64,000 nucleotides of DNA from assembly GCA_002104945.1 (NCBI GenBank), contig MCFH01000027.1, forward strand, positions 613,626 to 677,625, read 5' to 3'. The position numbers were made by a program, and so were the translations under genes. This DNA comes from Piromyces finnis finn (Eukaryota > Fungi > Neocallimastigomycota). Shown piece after piece: positions 8,749 to 23,756 of this stretch (position 1 is the stretch's first letter; each line of letters opens with the position of its first letter). The notes beneath the pieces were generated by a model, which was not told the origin of the DNA, did no database searches, and was given only the letters and a program-made list of their open reading frames with translations.

Positions 8749-11700
8749 ATTTATTTATATTAACTATTTATTTTAATAAAATAATAATTATTAGTAATAA
8801 GTTTTATTTTATTATTGTTGTTGTTACTATTAACAAGTTTATTATTTTTTTAAATTATTTTTAAATAATAAATATTCATTTGATCTATCATACATCAATG
8901 ATCAATTTAATTCAAAAAACTATTATAATCAAATTATCTTTTATTTTTATTTTGTTTACTTTTTCAAAAAAAATTTTTTTAAAAAAATATTACTTATAGT
9001 TTCGTTTCATTTTTATTTATGTTTTATGTTTGTTTTCATCCTACAACTTTCTTTCTTATAACTTTTATTTTTATTTTTTATTTACATATTTATTCAATTT
9101 TTTACTTCCTAAATCTTTATTTTATTTATTACTAAACTTTTATTTTATTCTAAAAAACCTTTTTAATTTATTTTAAATCTATTACATTCTATTTACATTA
9201 CTATTTTTTTATTCTAATACAACTTTATGCATTGTCTTTTATTTATTATTATTATTATTATTCTTTCTTTATTATTTTCCTTTAACTACTTTTTTGTATA
9301 TTATACTAAAAATAATATATATAAACAAAAAAAAATTACTTTTTTAAAATGGCTTTTTAAGGTGTTTTGTGAGTTTTTGTTATAATTCTTTTTTTTATTT
9401 AGTAAATAAAAAAAATGAAAATTATCTAAGAATTTAAAAAAGAAAAAAAATTTTTTTTTTTTACTTTTTTTTTTATATTTATATGCCTTTAAAAATTTGC
9501 TCTTTTTTTATTTATTTATTCATTCATTCATTTATTCATTCATTTATTTATTTATTTATTCATTCATTCATTTATTTATTATTAAATATTTAATTAAAAA
9601 TACTTTAATAAACATTAATTAATTATTCATATTAAACTATTTAATTACATTTTATATTGTTTGTATATATTAATATATTAACTATTTAATTACTGATTAA
9701 TAATAATATTTTTTTAAAAAAAAATAAAAATATATCATTAAAATTGAATTACAATCAACTAGAATAGTTAATATTTTAATACGATATAAAGTTATATTTA
9801 TATATAAATATAATATATGAATTAATAATAAATTGTATATAATAAAAAAAGTAAAGTTTAATTAAAGGATTTTCACAATCTTTTTAACAACAAAAAAGTA
9901 TAATGAAACAGTAAGAAATAAAGTTAAAATAATTATACCTTAAAAAAAAATAGAAGCCATAACTATAACATTTATATTAACTATTTAATACTTTTAATAT
10001 ATCATAAGAGTATTTTTAGCACTGAAAAAAAAATAGACTTTAATTGTAAATAATGATTTCATTATCAACAATACTTCAAAAAAAAAAAGTATAACAAAAC
10101 ATATATTCATAATGATTATAAAAATTTATATAATATCTAAATAATTAAAAAAGATAATTTTAAGAAATAATAATATTTATAAATTAATATTTTAATTATA
10201 TTTTTTTAAAAAAAATTAATTAACTGAAGAAACACTGAAATATAATTTTTATGGTTTTTATCTTTATTTAAAAAAGAATTTAATGTTAATAGGCATTTCT
10301 TGCTTTTTCTTTATATTTAATAAAGACATATATTTATATTTGAAATAAAATGTTAAAACTACTAAAAAATTTAGTAAGCAGTTGATATACATTTCTCTAT
10401 ATTTTCATTTCATTTATTTAAATTTAATATCATTACAATTGAACATTACTTATTAATTATATAGAACAATTTATTTTAAAATAAAAAAAAATAAAATAAC
10501 TTAATTCTATCTATAAAAATTTTAATAATTATAATAAAATCTTTTTCCTTAATTTATAATTAAAAAATAAAATATACAATTACGTTGCTTTTTTAAAAAA
10601 AAAATAAAATAAGTTTTATAGTAATAATATTTTTATGTAGCGATTGATATATAAAATATATAAGCAACTACTAGCAATATTTTTATAAGTGCTTTTTAGT
10701 TATATAGGTATTATTAATTATATAAAATATAAAATGATCACATTGTAAACAATTATTAATAATCAAATAATCAGTATATTAAAGTATAATTTATTCTAAG
10801 TTTTATAAAAAGAAATATATATATTATTTTTTATAATTAATATCTTAAAAAGTATAATCTTTTTTTTTTTTTTTTTTTTGATGTAATTAGATTTTTAAAA
10901 ATTTTAATTAAATCTTTATTTCTTATTTTACTTTTAATAAACATAATTATTAATTAAATAAAACTAATTAAAATATTAAACAATCATGCAAACATTAAAA
11001 TAAATTTTAAGTGTTTTTATTTATGAATTTAATTTATTAATATTTATTATTAGTAATCTAAAAATTAATATTATAAATAAATAGAATTTAAAAGTAAGGT
11101 TGTTTTTAAAGATAAATATTCTATTAATAAGTTAGAAAATTAAAATATATATATATAATTTGTATTATATATTTCCATATTTTAATTTGTTGATAAATAT
11201 AAATAAACACTTTTATATTACATTTTTATAATAATATAAAAGCCATGTCAAAAGGATTCTCTTTTTTCAAGAAAATAAATAAATTTTTTTCAAATTTATA
11301 TATAATTATTTGATGTTTTTAAAAAAAAAAAACTATTGTCTTATATTTTGTTATACTTGTATGTCCTTACTCTTTTATAAAAATTACTATTGATAAAAAT
11401 AGGGAATTATTATAATGTATTTGTTTGTTTGTTTTTAAATAATTTTTTATTTATAAACATAAATCTTGTTATTGGTATAATTATCTAAAGAAAAATAAAT
11501 TATTAAAATAGAATATATTAACTAATTTTTACTTGTTTATATCTTTTCCATAAAAGTTTAAAAGGTGTAGTTAATATACTCTGAAATTTGTTAAATACAC
11601 TGGCATATTTAATAAAATTAATGCACTAGTATATATAAATAATAAGGTTGTTGATATATTAATGTACATACATCAGTATTACAAAATAATAATAATATTA

Positions 11701-14700
11701 TTATTAAGAATGCTTAAAAATACTAATAAAAGAAATAATAACAATTAATAATTTACAATAATAATATTAATAATAAAATAAAAATATTTTTTTCTTTTCT
11801 TTTCCTTACCTCCCTATAAAATAATATTTCTTATATCAATAAATTCAAAAATCTATTTAATTAAAAATTAATTTATTTTCCTTTTATGTATAATCCATTT
11901 ATACTTTATTATATGTACATATATAATCAATATATATAATATATGTAATAATATATATACAAATAGTACAATATTCATATTCCTAATATAATTTTTATTT
12001 ACAATGGCAAATACATTCTGTTTTTGTCAATGTATTGCATTTATTACATTTTTAAATGTAAATGTACATTTTTATATAGTATTTTACCTATAATTAATCG
12101 GTAAAATAATATTATTATAACTGACAACTTCATTATTATTAAATTTTTAAATGATAATAATATCAATAGTAACTAAAGAAATAGATAATTGAAATGGTTT
12201 ATAAATATAAATGCATATTTTATATTTCTTTTTTATTTTATTTAAAAAAAAACATGACTACTCTTACAAGTAATAAATAAATAAAAAAAAATTCAATTAA
12301 CTAATATTATTAAAGGGTTATAATTATTTTTACTTAAATTATATATAACCTTTTATTTTTAAAAAGTTATAAAGCTGTTTTATAGATATATAAAAGTCTT
12401 TATTTGAATTTTTGTATTATTATTATTATATAATTTGGTGAAAATTAAATTTATCTTTTCTTTCTTAAATATAAACTTTTTCTTTTACTTTTTACTGTTA
12501 AAGAATTAGTTGATGTTGTTAATTATTATAAATACAGAAATGTTTAAATAGTATAATTTGAATATTTTTAAATATTTTAAAATGCTTATTGGATGATTGA
12601 AATATTTAAGATTACAATAATAATATTTTATATGAAAATAAGTTGTTTTCTTTTTTTTTTTTTAAATATTATTTTTAGAAACTATCCATTAAATAGCCCA
12701 AATTAAATTATGAAATATTATTTTTATAAATATTAAAAAATTTATATATCTGTTTTGAACACTATTATGTAATGAATAAAAACTCTTGCTATCTATATAT
12801 AATATAAATTAAGATTATAGATTTTTAAATAAAAAGCTTAAGTCTAAATATTAATCGCATTAAAAAAGATATTAACTAATAATTTTAAAGAAATGTTTTT
12901 AGAATTCTAATTATAATGTTGTTAAATCAATATTTTATTTTTAAATACAAAATAAGTAATGTTCTTGTTAAAAAGAAGTAATAAATTTATTAGTTAATTC
13001 TTGTTTTAAAATCTTGAGGATTATTCATTTAGTATTGTTATATTTTTTTAAATTATTAAACTTTAGTTTTAACGTTTTACATGTTTATAAAAATTTAAAA
13101 GTAATTATTTAATCATTAATAATAGAAATAATGAGTATCATACATAAATCTTAATGATATATATTATTAATTTATATAGTTCGTTTAATATAATTAAAAA
13201 AAAATAGCAGCAAAAGAAGTTTATATTTAGAAATTTAGAATTTCCGTTTTGGATATCTTAATGATTAAATCAAAAAATTATAATTGAATATAAAATTAAA
13301 AAAGCCTTTTTTTTTTTTTTTTTTTTGATAGAAAATTATTTAAACAAGCTATATGTACTTGTTTATAGAAATATAAAAATAAATTCAACATATAATCAAT
13401 AGATAAAAATTTAATATTATATACCTATTTTTTAAATAATGATCATAATCATTAATATGTACAATAAATTAAGAAAGTTTATTATTATGTTATATTTATT
13501 TATAAAAAAAAAATAATATATTTTTTTTCTATTGCACTTTTTTTTTTTTAACATATCCAATATAAAAATGTATTTTTAATAACTAAATACATTTCATATA
13601 CAAATGTTTTTATAAATTCATGTAAATTATTCTGAATTGTATAGAAAAATCCTTAAAGACATTTTCATTCTTTTAAAAATTAAATTTAATATAATTTTTT
13701 TTTGTCTCATTTCAAGTTATGCATGTTAGTTTATTAAATTATATTGCTTTTTTTATTGGGTAAAGTTTAAAGACTTTTTTTTTTTAACTTTCATATAATT
13801 TCATTAAATATTATCCTTACAATTAAAATGATATGATAAGCGTTCATCATTTCTGTATAATGAGTAAAGATGAATTAAAAAGTAATTTATAAATAATATT
13901 AATTATTATTTATTATATAAAATAATAAATAATACTATTTTTAAAAATAAGTTAATTTTTTCAATATAATATATGATTACATTTAAGGGAGAAAAAGATT
14001 AATCTACACCACTATTTTATATCAGGATATGATTTATCAGAACGAAAATAAATATCTTCTATATAATATTATCATATTTAAAAATTATTATCCGATAATG
14101 ATCATCTTTTTTTTTTTTTTATTTTTATAAAAATCCAAAATTTCATAGAGAAAATTATAAGATTAAAATTATAGCCTATACTTATATAGTAATATGAATA
14201 ATATAAATAAAATATATCATATTATCATTATTATTTGTTATATATTCCTTTATTTTTCAGTAGTTATTATATAATGAATTTTTCTTAAAAAATATTTAAT
14301 GAAAATATGTAAATATAATAGTTTTAACATTACCCTACCAAACGACAAAAAATTAAATAATAATAATAATTTAAATACAGATAATTAAATGATATTATTT
14401 GACAACTATATTTATTAGTTTATTATAAAATTTTATTTTATTTAATATTAAATAATTATTTATATATATAACTCAATTAGTAATTATAAGGATTTCTATT
14501 AAAAAAGTTTATATTTTTAAATAACGGATATACAAGTTAATTTTATTATATTATAGAAAAAAAGTAAAAAGTAAAATTTTTTTATAAATAATAAATTTAC
14601 AATATGACTAACACTAAAAATTTTAATCTAAATATTATATAATAAAAATTATCAAAAAAAAAAAAAAAATAAAATAATAATAACTTAATTGAATACATAT

Positions 14701-15857
14701 TAGTTTATTTTAATTTAGTTATAATAATAATAATAGTATTTTTTTTTCTATTTTTTTTTAGTTCATTTTCATTACTTTTTTGAAGGTTTTAATAAGAAAG
14801 ACGATTTAAAAAAAAAAAGAGAGAAAAAGAAAGAATTCTTTGAAAGAATTCGTGTGAATAGCTCTTAAAATAGATTATCAAATTATAGAAATAATAAATA
14901 TAAAAAAGTTCGATATCTGTAAAATAAGATATATTTTTCATTGAATTTTTATAAAAAGTATAAAAGAATTTGAAAAATAAGCTTCAATTAGAAAAGGAAA
15001 GAAAAGTTATTAAAGGATGTAAAAGGGATATTCATACAGTTATAGACATGTAATTCATTAAAATTAAATTATAAGATAAATATTATAGATAAAAAGTTCA
15101 TATATTGCAAATAATACTAAAAGATTTTAAATTTAAAAGAATATATATACATAAATAAATAGTATTATTATATAAATCTAATAGAATATAATACTTCAAA
15201 TATAATAAGAAAACTACAAAAGGAAAATGTATTAATAATTACAAAGAAAAAATATTCGCTCATTAATAATTGATTTTTTAAAAAAGATATATATATAAAA
15301 AAAAGCGACAAAATATAATAAACTTGAAAAAAAAAAATGTATTTATACTAAAATAAAAAAAAATATTATATTATTTATAAATGATATATATATATTTTTA
15401 TTTTTTTAAACTAATTTAATGTAAATTTATCTATATCCTAAAAAATTCTAATATAAAGAAAAAGAAAAAAGTTTTGAAGAAATACATAAAAAGAAAAATA
15501 GAAATAATCAATTTATCAAACTTTAATTATATTATTACTATTATTATTATTATTATTTTTGCATACATAATTTTTCTTTATTTTATATTTATATAATATT
15601 TATACTCACTGGAAATAGTTTTTTATATAATTGTAATAGTTTTACTTTTTATTATTCATTTTAAAAAATTATCAAAATTTAAAAGTTATACATATTTCAT
15701 AATATCATTTTTTTTTATTAAAATAACAATAAGCAAAACCATCAACAAAAAAATATATAATATATATTAAAAAAGAAGAGTAATTTAAAGTTAATTAAAA
15801 TTTATTACATAAGAAAAAAAATTTTTAATTAAATTTGAATAATTAAAATTATAAAAA

Positions 15858-17716
15858 ATGTATTCCAATAATTATTTATATCGAAGACCATCTAATGCTT
15901 CAGATTCATCATCCGTAACATTAACAGATGATAAATGTTATGGAATCAATAATTCCCCATATTCATCAAGCTATAATAATTATAATAGTAATAATTATAA
16001 TGCATATGATATATATAATTCCCCATATTTCAATGCTATTGATGAAGAATATAAAAATTTACCTTATGCTAGCTCCTACAGTAATTCAGATCCATTAACC
16101 ATTAATAGAAATTTTAGTGGAAATTATAATAATTACCGTTATAAAAATAATAACTATAATAATAATTATGGTTCTTCTTCATTCCCGACTTATTCAAATT
16201 CAAATTATTATAATAATTATGAAAATAATAGAAGGAATAGTCATTATAGAAGTTTAAGTGTTGGAAATACACCAAGTAATTATTGAAAATAAAAAAAAAT
16301 TTTTTACAAAATTTTTTTATATCTTAAATTTTATTTTTTATATTTTTTTTAATTGTAAAAAAAGTTTAACATATAAGCCTATTATAAAAGTTACATAAAA
16401 AAAAAACATCATTTTAATATAACTTTAATAACTTTTTTATTCATTTTATATACTTTATTAATTAATTTAAATAGGTTACGGTAGCAATAATTATAATTAT
16501 GAAGATGAGAGTGATGATGGTGTTTATAGAAGTGATAATAATAATAATTATATTTATATTACTAGATCATCATCAAATCCATCTGGAAGACGTATGAAAT
16601 ATAATTCTGGTGGTAATTATTTAAATTCTTATTCTAAAAGAAATAATCATAACAATCCAATAGATTATCTTGATCTATCTGTTAATTGTAATAATTACAG
16701 TGATAATAAACTTGAGAGAAGAAAAAGAAGATCAAGAATAAATTCAAAATTAGGAAGTGATTATTACCCATATGAAAGGAAAAAAGGTTTATTAGAAAAT
16801 ATAACTTCCAAATTTAGAAAACTAAGATTTAGTTCCGATAAATATGAGGATGATCAATGTAATTATTATGATACACCTTGACACTTATTATATTAAAATA
16901 TATAAAATAGATAATATTTATATTTCATTTCATTATTAAAAACTTTTAAATATTTTTTTTTTCCATATATTTAATATTATAGACGATGATGAAGACTATA
17001 GAACAAGATATCATGAATCATATAGAAATAATACTTTAAATAATACTACGAATGGTTGTTTAAATAATTTGAATAATCAATATAATGAATATATGAAATA
17101 TAATAATGATTATCACAATAATTATAAGAATTACAACAACAACAACAACAATAATAATAATAATAATAATAATAATAATTATAATAATAACAATTATAAT
17201 AATAACAATTATAGTAATAATAATTATAATAATAACAATTATAGTAATAACAATTATAATAATAACAATAGTATTTATAACAATGATTATTATACTAACA
17301 ATAATAACAATAACATGAATAATAATAATTATTATAATTTTAATAGAAACCATAATAATTATAATAATAATAATCAAAATAGTTGCTATTCTTCTTCATT
17401 TAATAGCAATAGCAGAACCATTTCTGATATTTCAATTCAACCACCTGCTCAAAAATTAGTTAAAGCACCCACTGTAGATAATAGTTCATTATATAATTAT
17501 TATAATAACTATAATTGTAATAGTAATAATTATAATAATCAATGGAATAACAATAATAATAACAATACCAACAATATAATTGATAAACAAGCTTTTAATT
17601 TAAGAAATTCTGATAATGATATATATGATAGTAACTACAACAATAATAGTTATAACAATAATTACAATAATTATAATGATAATAATAATAATAATAGTAA
17701 CGATTATTATTATTAT

Positions 17717-17761
<45 letters not shown>

Positions 17762-18334
17762 TATAATAATTATAATAATTATAATTATAATAATAATAAT
17801 AATAATAATAATTATAACAATAATAATTATAATAGTAATTATAATAGTAATTATAATAATAATTATAACAGCAACGATAATAATAATAATAATTGCAATA
17901 ATAATTCTGGATATAGAAGAAATAGTTCAGCACTAGAAAGACATAATAGACATAATTCCTGTTCCAATGGTTATTATTCCAATTTAAATGATTCTTGTAA
18001 ATATAATAATAATGTTAGTAAAGATTCCTTTTTATATAGTTCATATAATAAAAGTCAGGATTTTCAGGATGACAATTACCTTCAAAATTTAAAAAATAAT
18101 GTTTATATTACCAATGATAATTTAACGAATGATGACAATAATGATATAATATATAATAAATATAAGTTAAAATCATATAGTAGAAGAAGAAAATCTGGAA
18201 AGAAAGAATATGTTGATAGTAATTATTATGCTAATGATTATGATTGTAATCCAAAGTATTATATACCAAGTAGACAAAATTCAAAAGTAACTTTTGATAG
18301 AAACGTTCAATATTGGAACCCAAATGAGAATTAA
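15858..18334 (+). CDS. Asn/Tyr-rich low-complexity protein, 3 exons, ~717 aa
   Basis: Exons 15858-16275, 16475-16858 and 16983-18334 join in frame through two phase-1 GT-AG introns. No recognisable domain. Confidence 0.7.
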
Positions 18335-18994
18335 TCTGTTTCTTAAAAAAAAAAAAATAAAAATAAAAATAAAAAAAACAATATTACAAAATTCTTATAT
18401 ATTGAATGATATGATATAATATATAAGTAATATTTATATATATATTATAATATATATATAATATTTATTTGGAAACAAAATGAATACTTTAAAAGATTTC
18501 CTAAAATTTTGAGCAATAAATATATATATATAAACAATTTTGACCTTAAAGTAAGTTATATATATATATATTCATATTACATTTTAGATTAAACATATAA
18601 TAAATTTATAAATTTATTTAGTGTATATTTATTTTTTCCAATTATTAATTTAATAAAGCGATTATTTAAAAAATTCAAATTCATCAATTCATTTGAATAC
18701 TAATTTAATATCTTTAATTTTTTCTTCATAATATTATAGGTTGTTTAATGAAAAACAACAGCAACATTAAATAATCAAAGATGAAATTTTAATTATATAA
18801 CATATAATATATATTTCTTTTTTTTTTTTTTTGTTAAAAAAAAAATTAATAATAGATATTTTTTATTTTTAATTTTTTCATAATTATTAAATTCATATAT
18901 TCGATTTTCATATTTTTTTTATTAATTACTTGTATAATGCTTTTCTACATTTATATCAATCATTATTATATTTTAATTATAATATTGTCTTTTT

Positions 18995-19030
<36 letters not shown>

Positions 19031-19838
19031 GGTTATATTTTAAATGGTTATAGCTTTCATTCTTTGTTTAATTTTAAAAATAAATTAAAAAAATATATGG
19101 TAATAGAAAGAAAATTCAAAAATAAAAGAAAGTAATAATGAATTCAATTTGATTTTATATTTTCTCATTATTCTATGTTTAAAATACTTTTATAATGTTT
19201 TAGTTTATGTTTAAGATAATAGTTGAATAAAAGGGATAATCAGAAATTTTTTTTTAAAACTTCTTTTTTATATAAATTTTAAATTCCGATTATACAAATG
19301 TATACAATATACAATACTTCTAATATAAATTGTATACAATATTCTGTATATTTTAATGATATTATGATTATTCAATGATTATTCAAGGTATAATAAAAAA
19401 TATTTGTTACTATATTTTGAAAAAAGAAAAGGTAACATTTTATATGTTTTTTTATATGTAAAAGAAATATCTAATGTTAATAATTTTAATTACATAGAAA
19501 AAAAAACATAAAATTAAAATAAATAACTTTATTAACAATTTTTTTATTTTGTTTTTCATTTCAGATTATTACTTTTTTTGATATTTATTAAAGTTATTTA
19601 TGAAAATATCTAAACTAACCATTTATTCATAATTATACTATTTATAATATTATTATTATAAACCTTCTTTCAATATTCTTTAAAAATCTAGTATGAAATT
19701 ATTTATATTCAAAAAAAATATATTTATTCTATTATAAAATTAAAAATAATTAAATAATATAAAAATTTCAAAGTATTGTCATTGTTTTAATAATCTTATT
19801 TTAATTATTTTCATATACAAGAGTATATAAATAAAATT

Positions 19839-21600
19839 ATGTCTTTCTCAAATATAAAAAAGGCTAATCCTAAACCTGTATTTAATCAAGATGGGTTTAC
19901 ACAAAGACAAAAAGATATTATTAATTCATGTATAAGAGATGAAGAAAAGAGAAATCAAATAAAAAATAATGAAGGTATTCATACCCAAGAGATTAAATCC
20001 CTTGTAGAAGGAACCTCTACAATTAAGAATAATAAAAACAGTACTTTCATTACTCAACGAGGAGGGAAAATGTATGACATTTTTTACATAATAATAATAA
20101 AATATCTCTATAATGTAAATTCAATGAAATTAATTAATAATATATTATATCATTTGAATTTCTCTATTTTCCATATTATTATATATATTATATATAATAC
20201 AGTTACCAGAGTGATACTTTTACAAAAGTATGTTTGAAAAAAAAAAAAAGAAAAGAATATCAAATAAAAGAAATTATATTAAATGTAATTAAGCTAATCC
20301 TATTCTTTTTAATTTTTAATATGTATATGCATATATATATATATTAAAATAAATATTATCATGCATTCATAAATATTTTGATCTTATAGAATATCCTAAG
20401 CTTACAAGGTCGACAAAATTTTCAGTCAACAATATTATTACAAAAGAAAAATGAAATGAGCATTGTTCAAAAAGAATTAGAAGAAAAAAGAATTGAATTT
20501 TCAAAAAGGATGAAAGAATGTCGAGGAAAACAAGAAGAATTAAAATTAAGAGTAATTTTTTTTTATTATAAAGATGATTTATTAATAAATATCTTTATTA
20601 AATAAAAATTTTAAAATATATTTATCTTTTTAATTTTCTATTTTTATTTTTTATTAATTTTTATTAAACTAAAAAAAAAAGCAAAAACAAATTAGAGAAA
20701 GAGTTGCAAAATTTGAAAAATTTTTAAAAGAAAATGATGCAAAAAGATATAGAGCAAATATTAAAATTCAAAATGAAAGAAAAATTAAGGAACAAAAAGT
20801 AATATTATGAAATAATATTATAATATTTTAATAGCCTATCTATCATTTTAATTTCAATTTGATATATTGTTGTTGTTGATTATTATACATCATTCCTAAA
20901 TGACTTTTATACTTTACAAAAAAAAAAAAAACACCCTTATAGATAAAAGAATTGAACGAATTGAAAGAATTAAAAAGGAAAATTTTAATAAAAAGTCAAA
21001 ATATTCAAAATTTATTAAGTAAATGTCTATCTATTATTATCATATTAAAATCAAAGCTATAATATTTACAATTGTTATTTATTTGTATTTATAATATTAT
21101 TTATTTATTTATGAATAACCTTTACATTTATTAATATCTTATGTTAATGCATATAATATAATAATAATATACACATACATATATACATATATATATTTTA
21201 ATAATAAAAAAAGAGAAATATTATATATATGAAGAATATTTACAATCTGTAGTCAACATTTTACCTCATAATTATTTAGATGTTAATGAACCTCATATTA
21301 ATGATGTTATCATGAGACATACAACTTTAATAGAAACTCAAAAAGATCTTAAAGAGAATGCTGTTTCAAATCAAGTAGAAATTGAAAAGGAACAACTTAA
21401 TTATACTGCAACAATAAAAGTATATATATATATTTTATTTTTTTTTTCAAATAATAAATTAAATATTATATATGATTATAAATAATATAATATAATATTT
21501 TTTATTATATTTATATATTTATATTATTATATTATTATATGCATTATATATATTATGATAATATATATATACCTTCATTTAAATCAATTTGATTAATATA

Positions 21601-21636
<36 letters not shown>

Positions 21637-22728
21637 TGAAAAAAAGGATAAAAATAATCTTATATTAGTATACAATTCACAGTTGGATAGTTTACAAAAG
21701 AAATATGATATAACAAAAACAAATAGTGCCTATATGGAACAACATATTCAAGAACAAAATAAACTTAATAAAGAAAGAGTTAGTTTTATTTATAAAAATA
21801 AAAGTAATTATATTTTAAATTGATAATTATAATATATAATAATGAATATAATATTTTTTATAATATCAATTATATTATTACTACCTCTTTTTTGGTATTG
21901 TTACTATTTTTTTATTTTTTTTTAAAAAAATAAAAAAAAAAAAAAAAGATGAGAATTCTTGGAGAAGCAAAATTAGCTATTAATAATTTATATGAAAGAG
22001 CAGAAAGTAGAAATAAACAAAATAATAAATATTTATATCAAAAAACAATAAATAATGCTCCATCAGGAGGAAAAAGAACTAAATCAAATAATAGTACAGT
22101 AAATAAAACTGGAAATGCAAACTCAAGTAGTGGTGGTTCGAATCATAATGCTAATACAAATGCCATTCTTCATAATGAATTAATATCGAGTAGTTTATTT
22201 AAAAATTCTACTTCCTTTTTAGAAGATAATATTGGTGATAGTCGTACTCGTTCAATAGCCATGCTTAAAAAAAATGATATAACAGGAAATAACGTAGATT
22301 ATATGGGTGAAATAAAAGATAAATCAAATAATGAATCTATTATGAATATAGAAAATCAAAATAATATGAATAATAATAATGGTATTAACAACAACAATAG
22401 TAATAATACAAGTCTAAATGGTACAAATAATAACTCTCAAAATATTAGTACAAATAATACTAATATTGAAAATTATACTTATAATATGAAACTTTTATAT
22501 GAAAAACTTGCTGTCATTCAAACAAGTGTTGTTGATCTACAATGTAAAAATTAATTCTCTTTTTTCTTTTTTTAAAAAAATATTATTAATAGTAGTATTA
22601 TATATAATTTATTAATTAATTAATATATATATTTAATACTTTTCTATATTAAAATCATAGATGTCATACAAAAGGTTGAAGAAGCTTTACAACAAGAGAA
22701 AAAACAAGATCAAAAAAAAGTTAATTAA
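19839..22728 (+). CDS. CCDC42: CCDC42/CFAP73-family (DUF4200) flagellar coiled-coil protein, 9 exons, ~537 aa
   Basis: Exons 19839-20071, 20203-20227, 20390-20551, 20682-20798, 20943-21018, 21214-21419, 21647-21778, 21949-22543 and 22661-22728 splice in frame. Motifs TILLQKKNEM, KFEKFLKENDAKRYRA and YEEYLQSV match the family. Confidence 0.82.
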
Positions 22729-23756
22729 GATAAATTCATTATTTATAATATTTTTTGGATTAATTGTTATAATAGACAATTTAATAGTATTTATTATTAC
22801 ATAATAAAGAAAAATTATATAATTTGTTTTGTTTTATATATCAATTAGACAACTCCATTAATTAAACAATGCTTTACAATTTTGCATAATATTTTAATAA
22901 CATTTATATCATTTATTATTCTTAAAAAAATTATTTCTATTTATAATAGTTAAAAAAAAGTATTTCTTTATTCATTCTTTAATAATCATATTTTTAAATT
23001 CTACAAAAAAATTCTTACATCATACTTCATGGATTAATATAATACATTGATAATTAATATATATAAAATTGTATTTTCATTACTAAAAATATAATATTAT
23101 TCATTAATAATAAAAATTACTATCACAAATAAAATAAATATAATAATAATTATAAAAAGAATATTATAAAATTTAAAAAGTATAGATCTAATAAAAAAGG
23201 ATATTATTTCTATAATATGTATTAATAGAATAAAAAATTGAGTTTTTATATTTATAATATATATTTTTATTTAGTTATATGATGTCTAATGTATATTTTT
23301 TCTTTTAAAAATTTTTAAAGAAAAAAATATAATAAAAGTAATCTTTTTAAAAAAAAAATATAAAACACATATTAATAAGTATAATATAAGAATTGTTTAA
23401 AATTATTAGTTTAATAGTAAATATTATTTGGTATTTTTTATTATTATTTCAATGAATTGTAAATAAGTAAATGATATGATGAGATTTATGAAATGATTAA
23501 AAAAATTAAAAAATAAGGTAAAAATAATATGGTAAAAATTTAAATAAACTATTTACTTTTTTTTAACAATAAAAAAAATAAAGTTATTTAATTTTTTATA
23601 TGCTTATATAAAAATATTTTGAAACTAATCAAACGAAAAAGAAAAAGAAAAAATATTTCTATTTATTTTAATCCTTTTTTTTTTTTTCAAAAAATTAAAT
23701 ATATATATTTCTTTTTTTTTTTATTATAATAAAATTTTATTATTAATTTCGTATTT

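Noticed and set aside
17060-17936. Poly-Ile, poly-Tyr and poly-Leu ORFs (also 6141-6351, 40868-41183, 51389-51712)
   Set aside because: These are alternative frames of (AAT)n or (GAAAAT)n repeats.
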